This document shows, one piece after another, positions 10,478 through 18,637 of a stretch of DNA of 64,000 nucleotides. The stretch's first letter is position 1. Every line of letters starts with the position of its first letter. This DNA comes from Bacteroidota bacterium. Its GTDB lineage: Bacteria; Bacteroidota; Bacteroidia; Bacteroidales; JAGNHN01. The notes beneath the pieces were generated by a model. The model was not told where the DNA came from, made no database searches, and was given only the letters and a program-made list of their open reading frames with translations. Both the position numbers and the translations under genes were made by a program. Location of the stretch: assembly GCA_022710185.1 (NCBI GenBank), contig JAKLHK010000016.1, positions 11,900 through 75,899 of the forward strand, in the 5' to 3' direction.

Positions 10478-11815
10478 TTATTTCACCACGGCTTTGAGGC
10501 TGACAGGCCACCCATGCACGGGCCTGAACCGCAGCAGGTACGTGCCGGCCTGGAGCACTGGCGGCAGTACGAAGTGGCTTTCCCCGGCCGGGCTTGGTCC
10601 CTGCCAAAGCAAACGTCCCTCCATGGTGTATAGCTCCATCTCCGCCTGGGGCAGGGGCCGTGCAGACCAGAGCTGGATGCGCTCTGCCGAGGGATTGAGT
10701 AGCCACAGGGCCCCGGCCTCGCGCTCCTCCACCGGAGTGCCCGGGCCGTAACGCAGGAGTACCGTGACCGGAAGGTGGTCGGACATGGCATACAGGGCCT
10801 GGGCCACACTATCCGGTACATCGGTATTGGGGGGAGAGATGACCGATCCGTTCAACCTCAGGCCATCCTGGCCGACCACATCGTAGGAATCATGGACATA
10901 CTGCAATCCGTTGGAGCCCTCGAGAAGGGGCAGACTACTGAGGATCAGGTCGAAACGGTCGTCAAGCCCTCCACCGGCGGCGCAGCCGTTGCTGCTGGTG
11001 TGGGTGGACTGGCTGTGCAGTTTGCGGAACGATGAACCACCGGTCCAGTTGCCCGGCTGGTTCACCGGATCATAGAAGCGGACAGCGGCGTTGGGGAATT
11101 GGGTGAGGTTATACCAGGCTGGCTCGTAGCTGGATTTCAGGTTCATGTCGCCCATCAGCAGGATATTCCCGGTAAAGCCCATATTGGTCAGCCAGTTCAG
11201 GATATCCGAGGCCATGGTGGCCCGGTCCTGCTCATCGTCCGTGCCGCTGCCGGCCTTGAGGTGGGTGACGATGCACATCAGGTGGGCAGTGTCGCCTCCC
11301 GGCACCTCCGGCAGCAGGGCCAGGGCATAGGCGTCGGCATCCCGCACATCGCAGTAAATGCCGTAGGCCTGCTCCAGGACCACCCTATCCTGATCGTAAT
11401 ACAGATCATTAACGATGTCGGAACCGTTGGCGTTGCTGAAGCCCGCACGGGCATACCGGCCCGGGAACACCGGCTCCAGCACCGAGTCCAGCACTTCTTC
11501 ATGGTAATAGGGAAGATCAGAGATCTCGTTTACTGTAAGGATGTGGGGCGAAACATGGGCGATCACCGTCCGGAACGCGGCGTTCTTTACCTGGACACTA
11601 TTGTTGGAACTGGTGCAATAGGAGGTGATATTGCCGTAGTTGAGCAGGTTGTAATGCATCACCCGGAGGGTGTCCTGGGAGAATGCGGGGAAAACGAGAA
11701 AAGCGGAGAACGCGAGAAAAACGGACAAGCGGATAAGCGGATAAGCCGTGCTTTGCTTCCTTGTTGCAGGAACACAACCTGTCTTAATTATTAAAAATAT
11801 ATACCTGATTATCAA
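10478..11815 (-). CDS. Secreted endonuclease/exonuclease/phosphatase-fold protein with T9SS C-terminal sorting domain
   Basis: EEP motifs [18 protein letters not shown] and SDHLPV. The last ~75 aa ([13 protein letters not shown]...GTYLLRFRP...SLKAVVK) match the T9SS type-A CTD pattern. The exact start is uncertain. Confidence 0.75.
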   Translation of the reverse strand: MIIRYIFLIIKTGCVPATRKQSTAYPLIRLSVFLAFSAFLVFPAFSQDTLRVMHYNLLNYGNITSYCTSSNNSVQVKNAAFRTVIAHVSPHILTVNEISDLPYYHEEVLDSVLEPVFPGRYARAGFSNANGSDIVNDLYYDQDRVVLEQAYGIYCDVRDADAYALALLPEVPGGDTAHLMCIVTHLKAGSGTDDEQDRATMASDILNWLTNMGFTGNILLMGDMNLKSSYEPAWYNLTQFPNAAVRFYDPVNQPGNWTGGSSFRKLHSQSTHTSSNGCAAGGGLDDRFDLILSSLPLLEGSNGLQYVHDSYDVVGQDGLRLNGSVISPPNTDVPDSVAQALYAMSDHLPVTVLLRYGPGTPVEEREAGALWLLNPSAERIQLWSARPLPQAEMELYTMEGRLLWQGPSPAGESHFVLPPVLQAGTYLLRFRPVHGWPVSLKAVVK

Positions 11816-11863
11816 TATACTGGCCCCCTATCAAAATGAATAGTGAATGATCAAACTGTAAAA

Positions 11864-11887
11864 TCAACCCTCAACCATCAACCATCA
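11864..11887. repeat. Heptanucleotide tandem repeat (TCAACCN, ~3.4 units)
   Basis: tcaaccc tcaacca tcaacca tca. It overlaps the gatD stop codon (11885-11887). Confidence 0.4.
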
Positions 11888-13270
11888 CTTATGTACTTTC
11901 CGTACAAACTCCTCCACTTCAGGAACCCCACCCTGATAAACGAGGTACCCGTTATAGGGTTCACGTTCGGTGATCTCGTCGTTGATGGGTGTGAGCATCA
12001 GTTTCCTGACCTCTTCCCTGTCGTGGGTTTGTCCGAGGGCCCAGCCCAGCTTGATGAAGGCCACCTCGGGCAACATATTGCCTGCAGGGATGATGCCTTT
12101 GGCCATCATATCGCGACCGGTATCGTAGACGAACATGTGCACATAGCCCCAGATGGTCTGCAGGGTCATATACATATGTACACCGGCCTTATTGGCCCTT
12201 TCGATGGCAGGATACAGTTCCTTGTTGACATGGCCCAGACCGGTCCCGACAATTACCACGCCCTTGTATCCCTGGTCCACGATGGCATCCAGGATGTCGG
12301 GCTTCATGGCGGGATAATAGTACAGCATGGTTACGCGCTCGTCGAAAGTCGGGATGATCTTCACATTGCGGTCCTTGCGCCGGTGGTTGTACTGGGGGTG
12401 CATGGGAGTGATCTCCTTGCGGGTCACCCGGGCCAAAGGGATATCGCCTATGGTACGGAAGGTGGAGCGGTAGCTGGAATGCATTTTGCGCACCCGGGTT
12501 CCCTTGTGCAGCAGGCCGTACTCGTCGGAGGTCGGCCCGAACATGCACACCATGACCTCGGCCAGGTCGGAATGCCCTGCGGTAAACATGGCATGCATGA
12601 GGTTAAGGGCGGCGTCGGAGCTGGGTCGGTCGGAAGAACGCTGGGAACCCACCAGCACGATAGGTACCGGGGAGTTCTGGACCATGAAGGTGAGGGCGGC
12701 CCCGGTGTGGTGCAGGGTATCGGTACCGTGGCCGATTACGATGCCGTCCACGCCTTTCTCGATCTCCTTGCCGATGGCCACGGCCAGTTTCTTGTACTGT
12801 TCCGGCCCCATGTTCTCGCTGAACACAGCGAACAGCTTTTCGGTCTCCAGGTTACAAATGTCAGCCAGCTCGGGCACCGCGCCGTACAGCTCTCCCGGCG
12901 AGAAAGCGGGAATCACTGCGCCGGTGCGGTAATCCAGTCGGGAGGCGATGGTGCCTCCGGTACCGAACAGCTTCACATTTGGCAATCCCGGGGTCACAGG
13001 GAACTGCTTTTCAGGGATCTTATAGTTCGCCTTCTTATAGCCCGTTTCCTCCATCGCGGCGATGGTGCGCACATCGATACCTATGTTGTACCCGGTAGCG
13101 ATCTTCAGGACGATGTGCTGATCGTCGTCATTCTCGGCCCTGGGCAACACCGTTCCCTGGAACATCCCGCGGGAGGTTTCGATGCGGGCCTGGCCCCATA
13201 CCCTTACGTTGAACCTGCGCAGCACCTGCAGCGCCTCGCCCTTATAACCCTGGAACAGATCTTCGCTCAT
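11885..13270 (-). CDS. gatD: Glu-tRNA(Gln) amidotransferase subunit D (archaeal-type, asparaginase-like)
   Basis: GatD-type N-terminal domain (HIVLKIATGYNIGID) followed by asparaginase motifs GTGGTIASRLDYRTGAV, HGTDTLHHTGAAL, QRSSDRPSSDAALN and VRKMHSSYRSTF. It lies 26 nt downstream of gatE. Confidence 0.85.
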   Translation of the reverse strand: MSEDLFQGYKGEALQVLRRFNVRVWGQARIETSRGMFQGTVLPRAENDDDQHIVLKIATGYNIGIDVRTIAAMEETGYKKANYKIPEKQFPVTPGLPNVKLFGTGGTIASRLDYRTGAVIPAFSPGELYGAVPELADICNLETEKLFAVFSENMGPEQYKKLAVAIGKEIEKGVDGIVIGHGTDTLHHTGAALTFMVQNSPVPIVLVGSQRSSDRPSSDAALNLMHAMFTAGHSDLAEVMVCMFGPTSDEYGLLHKGTRVRKMHSSYRSTFRTIGDIPLARVTRKEITPMHPQYNHRRKDRNVKIIPTFDERVTMLYYYPAMKPDILDAIVDQGYKGVVIVGTGLGHVNKELYPAIERANKAGVHMYMTLQTIWGYVHMFVYDTGRDMMAKGIIPAGNMLPEVAFIKLGWALGQTHDREEVRKLMLTPINDEITEREPYNGYLVYQGGVPEVEEFVRKVHK

Positions 13271-13296
13271 AATGCGTGCATGCTTACCGTTTAACG

Positions 13297-15318
13297 TTAC
13301 GCCCTTTCGTAGGCCAGGGCGCTGAGCTCACTCAGGGGCATATTGCCGCAGGCCATCTTCCACAGTTGCCCCATAATCCAGCGTCCCTCGGCCCCCTCAC
13401 CCTGGGAGATGCTGATCTTGCGGAACTTCTCACGGAGGAAGGGAATATTGGAGATCAGGTCCTCCTTGCTTATTCTTTTGAATTTCAACACATTCAACAC
13501 TGACTCAAAGTCCATCTTCGGGTGCTCGAAGATGAGGGGAAGCATGCGGTAGGCCAGTTCAGGCTGCAGTCCTTCCTTCTTCAGGTAACGGAAGAGGGCG
13601 AAGATCACCTCGTAGGAAATCTCCGGCGATGGTTTCCTTCGTCCTTCTGCCCATTTCACCCGGTGGCCGAAGAACGTACCGGTGAACACCGGGTCCATAT
13701 CCAGCTCCTCTATGCACCGGACCAGGAGGGGATAGAGGTTTCGTTTGAAGAGGAAGGTGAAGGTATCCTCCGGGATTCCCCAGGCCTTGAGCTGCTGGTA
13801 ACGGCTGATGAAGGCCGTGGGCAGGTTGGATCCCAGTTGCCGGATGCGCTCGTCTTCCAGGGGAATGGGAGGCGAATCGGTATCGGGGTACATGCGGTCG
13901 GCCCCGGGGAGCACCCGCTCAAAAATAGTGGTGCCGTCGGCAAAGGACTTGCGGGTTTCGTTGGGGACCCCTTCAAAGGCCATGCGGCAGCGTTCTTCCA
14001 CGGTTTCCAGGGCCGTGGCCATATCGTCCTCCGGACCCCACAGTACCACCTGGGCGTCGCCCGCTTGGGTGCATAGCAGTTCCGATACCTTGTCGAAGAA
14101 CCCGTCTTCGGCGCTCTCGCCCAGGTCCTCGGAGCAGATCATATTGGGCCGTTCCAGGCAGGCAATGACCTTAAGGCGGTCGCGGAGCTCATCGGCGAAG
14201 GACTTGCCCGGCTGCGTGAAATGGCTCAGTACGCCTGCGAAGCCGGGAAGGTTGATGGCCATTACCTTCCATTTGTTCTTCTTGGCATTCTTCAGCGGCT
14301 CAAAGGAGGTCCCGTTAAGAAAGTGGTAGGGCAGGAACTCATGTCCCGGCCTCCAGGCTGGGGTGTCGCTGATGGTGTCCAGCAATTTTCTCCGGATGTT
14401 CAGCAGGGCCCACTGCCGGAAGGACTCGTTATGCGTGAGCTCAGGGATCCAGCGGGTATGGGCCACCCCCTTGATCTCCACGCGGGTACCTCCCTTGCAG
14501 CTGACGTTAACGTCCTGGCGGCCGGCCCCGATGCCGGTGCGTACCAGCCCGGTGCTGCGGTTCAGGAAGCGGATCACGTCGCAGGCCTCCTTCACCTCTC
14601 CGGGGTTGACCATATCGGGATAGGTCACCGTTTCGATCAGGGGCATGCCCAGGCGGTCGGTTTTGTATACCCTCACATGGCCTATGTCGGAGATCTCGCG
14701 GCAACTGTCTTCTTCCAGGCTCAGCTGGATCAGCCGGATCTTCTTGTTTTTCAGGGCGATCTCCCCTTCGACCCCTATGATGGCCGTGCGCTGGAAACCG
14801 GTGGGGATACTGCCGTCGAGGTACTGTTTGCGGGTGATGTGCACCTCTCCCACGATATTCAGTTTGCAAAGCAGGGAGATGAGGATGGAGATGTCGAGGG
14901 CTTCGCGGTCCACCGGAAAGGGCGGGGTATCGTCGACCTCGTAGGTACAGGCCGTCCCGTGCTTGATACGGTATACGATCTCCTTGCGGGTTTTGAATTC
15001 CATCAGGGCGGTGCCGTCGTATTCGCCCAGCTCGCTCAGGGTGGGGCGCATGTGCCGGATCACTTCGGCATCGAAGTCATCGCTCTTGTTATACCTTCCT
15101 GCGGGACAGCGGCAAAAGAGTTTGGTGCGGGTCTTCAGCTGCTGGTGCACTTCCAGTCCCGACATGAACCCGATGCGGTCGTAGTCGTCCTGGGAGGCCT
15201 GTTTTCTAGGCACATATCCAATGACTTCGCGGGTGGCCTCATATACAGCCTGTGCCTGCTGCCTTCGTGTGGCTGGTTGCTCGGGCTCTTTTTTTGCTTT
15301 GGCGGGTTTGCTGGGCAT
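13297..15318 (-). CDS. gatE: Glu-tRNA(Gln) amidotransferase subunit E (archaeal-type GatB paralogue)
   Basis: GLEVHQQLKTRTKLFCRC, HMRPTLSELGEYDGTAL and CTYEVDDTPPF match the GatE pattern. At 673 aa it is much longer than a ~480-aa GatB. It also has a ~50-aa Lys/Arg/Gln-rich N-terminal extension. Confidence 0.8.
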   Translation of the reverse strand: MPSKPAKAKKEPEQPATRRQQAQAVYEATREVIGYVPRKQASQDDYDRIGFMSGLEVHQQLKTRTKLFCRCPAGRYNKSDDFDAEVIRHMRPTLSELGEYDGTALMEFKTRKEIVYRIKHGTACTYEVDDTPPFPVDREALDISILISLLCKLNIVGEVHITRKQYLDGSIPTGFQRTAIIGVEGEIALKNKKIRLIQLSLEEDSCREISDIGHVRVYKTDRLGMPLIETVTYPDMVNPGEVKEACDVIRFLNRSTGLVRTGIGAGRQDVNVSCKGGTRVEIKGVAHTRWIPELTHNESFRQWALLNIRRKLLDTISDTPAWRPGHEFLPYHFLNGTSFEPLKNAKKNKWKVMAINLPGFAGVLSHFTQPGKSFADELRDRLKVIACLERPNMICSEDLGESAEDGFFDKVSELLCTQAGDAQVVLWGPEDDMATALETVEERCRMAFEGVPNETRKSFADGTTIFERVLPGADRMYPDTDSPPIPLEDERIRQLGSNLPTAFISRYQQLKAWGIPEDTFTFLFKRNLYPLLVRCIEELDMDPVFTGTFFGHRVKWAEGRRKPSPEISYEVIFALFRYLKKEGLQPELAYRMLPLIFEHPKMDFESVLNVLKFKRISKEDLISNIPFLREKFRKISISQGEGAEGRWIMGQLWKMACGNMPLSELSALAYERA

Positions 15319-15362
15319 TGCTTGCTGTCGTTATTCCGTAAACAGCGGCTAAAGTACTAAAA

Positions 15363-15465
15363 AGTGGCTAGTGGCTGGTGGCTGGTGGCTAGTGTGGTGG
15401 AAAGTGAAAAGTGATAAGTGATAAGTGATAAGTGACAAGTGACAAGTGGGGAGTGGAAAGTGGAA
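15363..15465. repeat. Heptanucleotide tandem array (AGTGNNN, ~15 units)
   Basis: agtggct agtggct ggtggct ggtggct agtgtgg ... agtgaaa agtgata x3 agtgaca x2 agtgggg agtggaa x2, phased by hand. Confidence 0.8.
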
Positions 15466-15573
15466 TGCAGGCAAGGAAGGCGGGAATCGGAAAAGCGTGA
15501 CTATTCAGCACTCAGTGCGCCCCGCCATAGAACACAGAACACCCTTCGACACGCTCAGGGACCGGACAACAGG

Positions 15574-15605
15574 GAACATAGAACATAGAACATAGAACAT
15601 AGAAC
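15574..15605. repeat. Heptanucleotide tandem array (GAACATA, ~4.5 units), with a degenerate copy at 15526-15542
   Basis: gaacata gaacata gaacata gaacata gaac. An upstream degenerate copy reads catagaa cacagaa cac. Confidence 0.75.
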
Positions 15606-15621
15606 CCGCCTATCCTCCTCT

Positions 15622-15662
15622 ATATCAGATATCAAATACCGGATATCAGATATCAGATATCG
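15622..15662. repeat. Heptanucleotide tandem array (ATATCAG, ~6 units)
   Basis: atatcag atatcaa ataccgg atatcag atatcag atatcg. It ends 1 nt before the fabH stop codon (15663-15665). Confidence 0.75.
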
Positions 15663-16652
15663 TCAGTACGCCCAGCGCAGGTACATGGCGCCCCAGGTGA
15701 AGCCGGCGCCAAAGGTGGCAAGGATAAGGTGGTCGCCCTTTTTCAACTGGTTTTCCCATTCCCAGAGGCAGAGCGGAAGCGTGGCGGCGGTGGTGTTGCC
15801 GTAACGCTCAATGTTGATCATGACCTTTTCTTTGGGCAGGCCCATGCGTTTGGCAGTGGCTTCGATGATGCGCATATTGGCCTGATGGGGCACCAGCCAG
15901 TGGAGGGTGTCAGAAGTCAGCCCATGCCGTTCCATCATCTCCACGGAAACGTCGGCCATTTTGGACACGGCCCATTTGAACACGGCCTGTCCTTCCTGGT
16001 AGATGAAATGCTCGCGGGCCAGGACGCTTTCTATGCTGGCAGGTTTTACGCTGCCACCGGCCTTCTGGTGAAGGTGGATGCGTCCTACCCCATCCGATTG
16101 GAGGATGCTGTCGATAATACCGTTCTCCCCTTCGCTGGGTTCGAGCATCACGGCCCCTGAGCCGTCGCCGAAGATCGGACAGGTGGCACGGTCCTGGTAG
16201 TCGACGATGCTGGACATCTTTTCGGCACCTACCACCACCACTTTTTTATACTGACCCGACTCCACGAAGCGCCGCCCGGTCTCCAGGGCATAGAGGAAGC
16301 CAGAACAACCGGCATTGAGGTCGAAGGAGAAGGCGTTGCGTATCCCGACCTTGTCGCAGATGATGTTGGCCGTTGCTGGGAACTGATGGTCGGGGGTGAC
16401 GGTGGCGCAGATGAGCATGTCGACCTCCGGGGGGGTGGTCTGCGTCTTTTCCAGCAGCTTGCTGACCGCGGCGGCACCCACGAAGGAGGAACCTTCCCCG
16501 GGTTCCCGGATAATCCTGCGCTCCCTGATGCCGATGCGTGTCATGATCCACTCATCGGTAGTATCCACCATGTTGGCAAGCTCATCGTTGGTAAGGACAT
16601 AATCGGGAACCTGCGCGGCGATGCCGGTGATTGCAGCTCTGATCCGTGTCAT
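15663..16652 (-). CDS. fabH: 3-oxoacyl-ACP synthase III
   Basis: Catalytic triad contexts [20 protein letters not shown] and GNTTAATLP. Confidence 0.9.
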   Translation of the reverse strand: MTRIRAAITGIAAQVPDYVLTNDELANMVDTTDEWIMTRIGIRERRIIREPGEGSSFVGAAAVSKLLEKTQTTPPEVDMLICATVTPDHQFPATANIICDKVGIRNAFSFDLNAGCSGFLYALETGRRFVESGQYKKVVVVGAEKMSSIVDYQDRATCPIFGDGSGAVMLEPSEGENGIIDSILQSDGVGRIHLHQKAGGSVKPASIESVLAREHFIYQEGQAVFKWAVSKMADVSVEMMERHGLTSDTLHWLVPHQANMRIIEATAKRMGLPKEKVMINIERYGNTTAATLPLCLWEWENQLKKGDHLILATFGAGFTWGAMYLRWAY

Positions 16653-16664
16653 AAGAAGCTGGCT

Positions 16665-17633
16665 TTAGTCTTCCTTGCCCGTCCTTCCGAGGTAACAGTG
16701 CATAGCCCTGCGGATCTGCTCTGGTAGGCCGGCCTTATGGATATTTGCCGACAAAAGTATCATATTTTTTATGGCGGTGGCATTGGAGATGCCATGCCCT
16801 ATCACAACGCTGGCATTGATGCCCAGGATGGGGCTGCCGCCGTAGCTCTCATAATTGAAGCGTTGGATGTACTCATCCACCAGTCCGCGCTTCACCAGCA
16901 TGCGGTAGGTGGCTTCCATCTGTTTCAGGATGATATTGCCGGTGAAGCCATCGGTAACGATCACCTCGGCCTTTTCCTTGAAGAGGTCGCGGCTTTCCAC
17001 ATTTCCGATGAAGTCGAAGTCCCTGGAGTCTTTCATCAGGGTGTAGGCCGATTGGCAGAGGATGTTCCCTTTTTCCTCTTCTGTACCGATATTGAGCAGT
17101 CCTACCCTGGGGTTGCGCACGCCCAGGAGGTAGCGCATGTAAATGTGCCCAAGCAATCCGAACTGGTACATCACGTCGGGCTTGGCATCGGGGTTGGTCC
17201 CCACGTCGATGAGCAGGTTCACGCCCCCATCTTCCCTGGGCACCAGGGTACAGGTTGCCGGCCGGATAATGCCCTGGATGGTATTGACGGAATAGATGGA
17301 TCCCACCAGCATGGCCCCGGTGTTCCCGGCGCCGCAGAAGGCGTCAATGCTGCCCTCGGAGAGCATACGGAAGCCTGTGGCTATGCTGGAGTCGGGTTTT
17401 TGGGTGAAGGCTCGGGTGGGGTGTTCGCCCATGCCGATCTGGACGGGGGCATGGACGATTTCAAGACGGTCGGAGTAAGGCTGGTCTGACGGGATGCGTG
17501 CACGGATCTCCTGTTCATCTCCGAAGAGCACGAGGACATCCCCGGCCGCCAGTTCACCCAGGGCAAGCAGCGCGCCGTCCATGGTCGCGGCCGGCGCAAA
17601 GTCACCCCCCAGCACATCCAGTCCGACCTTCAT
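16665..17633 (-). CDS. plsX: Phosphate acyltransferase
   Basis: MKVGLDVLGGDFAP, GNVESRD and VIGHGISN. It sits in the conserved position between rpmF and fabH. Confidence 0.9.
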   Translation of the reverse strand: MKVGLDVLGGDFAPAATMDGALLALGELAAGDVLVLFGDEQEIRARIPSDQPYSDRLEIVHAPVQIGMGEHPTRAFTQKPDSSIATGFRMLSEGSIDAFCGAGNTGAMLVGSIYSVNTIQGIIRPATCTLVPREDGGVNLLIDVGTNPDAKPDVMYQFGLLGHIYMRYLLGVRNPRVGLLNIGTEEEKGNILCQSAYTLMKDSRDFDFIGNVESRDLFKEKAEVIVTDGFTGNIILKQMEATYRMLVKRGLVDEYIQRFNYESYGGSPILGINASVVIGHGISNATAIKNMILLSANIHKAGLPEQIRRAMHCYLGRTGKED

Positions 17634-17666
17634 TTCAGCGGATCAATGGTGTCGAAGGGGGTGCGA

Positions 17667-17861
17667 TTACTCGCCTTTCTTGTTCTCCACCACGAGCTTG
17701 CCGCGGTAATACAGGTTGCCGTCCACATCGTAATGGGCACGGTGATACTGGTGAACAACTCCGGTAACGGGATCCTTGGCCAGGGTGGGCGCTACGGCCT
17801 TGTCGTGGGTGCGGCGCTTGTCCCTGCGGGTCTTACTGGTTTTTCTTTTAGGATGTGGCAT
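17667..17861 (-). CDS. rpmF: 50S ribosomal protein L32
   Basis: [21 protein letters not shown], 64 aa. Confidence 0.9.
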   Translation of the reverse strand: MPHPKRKTSKTRRDKRRTHDKAVAPTLAKDPVTGVVHQYHRAHYDVDGNLYYRGKLVVENKKGE

Positions 17862-17872
17862 GACACAACGTA

Positions 17873-18409
17873 TTAATGTTCCAAACTATCTAAATCATCC
17901 TTCAAACCCCGGAGCGCGTCCCACCGTTGATCGGTGTCTTCGTGCTCCTGGTGCTGTTCCAGGATCCGGATCATCGCGGGGTTGCAGGTGCTGTTGCCGT
18001 CCTCATCATCGGGATGGACCTTGCGGATGGGTACCATCAGGGTGATGTATTCGAACAGGTATTGGGTAACATCGATCTGGTGCTGCTCATGCGGGATGAC
18101 GATCACATCGTCCGACTCCTCTTCATAAACCTCACCGAACTTGATGATCAGCTGCCATCGGCTGTCCACAGGCCAGGCAATGTTATCCAGGCAACGGTCG
18201 CAGGGGACGTCTACCGTCCCCCGGATATCGAAATCCAGGACGAGCATACGCTCCTGGCGTTCGAGGTCCAGGTCCACGTTTACCGCGGCACCCTGCAACT
18301 CCGTGTATTCCAGTTCCTCAAAGAACGATCCATCGATCTCGTAATGAAAGCGATGGACTTCAAGGGCCAGGCCCCTGAACGGGATGATGAAATCATCCTG
18401 CTGTTCCAC
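17873..18409 (-). CDS. YceD/DUF177 family protein
   Basis: Conserved position upstream of rpmF and a CxxC-type C-terminal region ([10 protein letters not shown]). The ORF-track ATG at 18463 lies upstream of a near-consensus promoter inside the ORF, so the start was moved to in-frame GTG 18409. The exact start is uncertain. Confidence 0.7.
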   Translation of the reverse strand: MEQQDDFIIPFRGLALEVHRFHYEIDGSFFEELEYTELQGAAVNVDLDLERQERMLVLDFDIRGTVDVPCDRCLDNIAWPVDSRWQLIIKFGEVYEEESDDVIVIPHEQHQIDVTQYLFEYITLMVPIRKVHPDDEDGNSTCNPAMIRILEQHQEHEDTDQRWDALRGLKDDLDSLEH

Positions 18410-18432
18410 GATGTCAAAAATTTTAGGGGCTG

Positions 18433-18464
18433 CAAAGGTAAACAGTAATCTTGTGAATGCCAAA
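18433..18464 (-). promoter_or_regulatory. Bacteroidota-type promoter for yceD-rpmF-plsX-fabH
   Basis: On the minus strand: TTTG (plus 18461-18464), N20, TACCTTTG (plus 18433-18440). Confidence 0.55.
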
Positions 18465-18470
18465 TAAATT

Positions 18471-18632
18471 AGTGGCGGGCCTGCCTGCGGCAGGCAGTGG
18501 CTAGTGGCGGGCCTGCCTGCGGCAGGCAGTGGCTAGTGGCTAGTGACTAATGGCTAGTGGCTAATGGCTAGTGGCTAATGGCAAATGTAGTGGTAAGTGG
18601 ATAGTGAGATGAAAAATCAAATATCAGCCACC
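18471..18632. repeat. Composite repeat: 2 x 32-nt unit (hairpin + AGTGGCT) followed by ~14 heptads (AGTGGCT/AATGGCT, degenerating)
   Basis: agtggcgggcctgcctgcggcaggc+agtggct occurs at 18471-18502 and again at 18503-18534. Heptads then stay in phase up to the stop codon of the 1077-aa gene (18638-18640). Confidence 0.85.
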
Positions 18633-18637
18633 AACCA

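Noticed and set aside
15363-15662. The tandem-repeat region considered as a possible CRISPR array.
   Set aside because: The units are 7 nt with no spacers, there is no 25-40-nt repeat/spacer periodicity, and no cas genes occur anywhere in the window.
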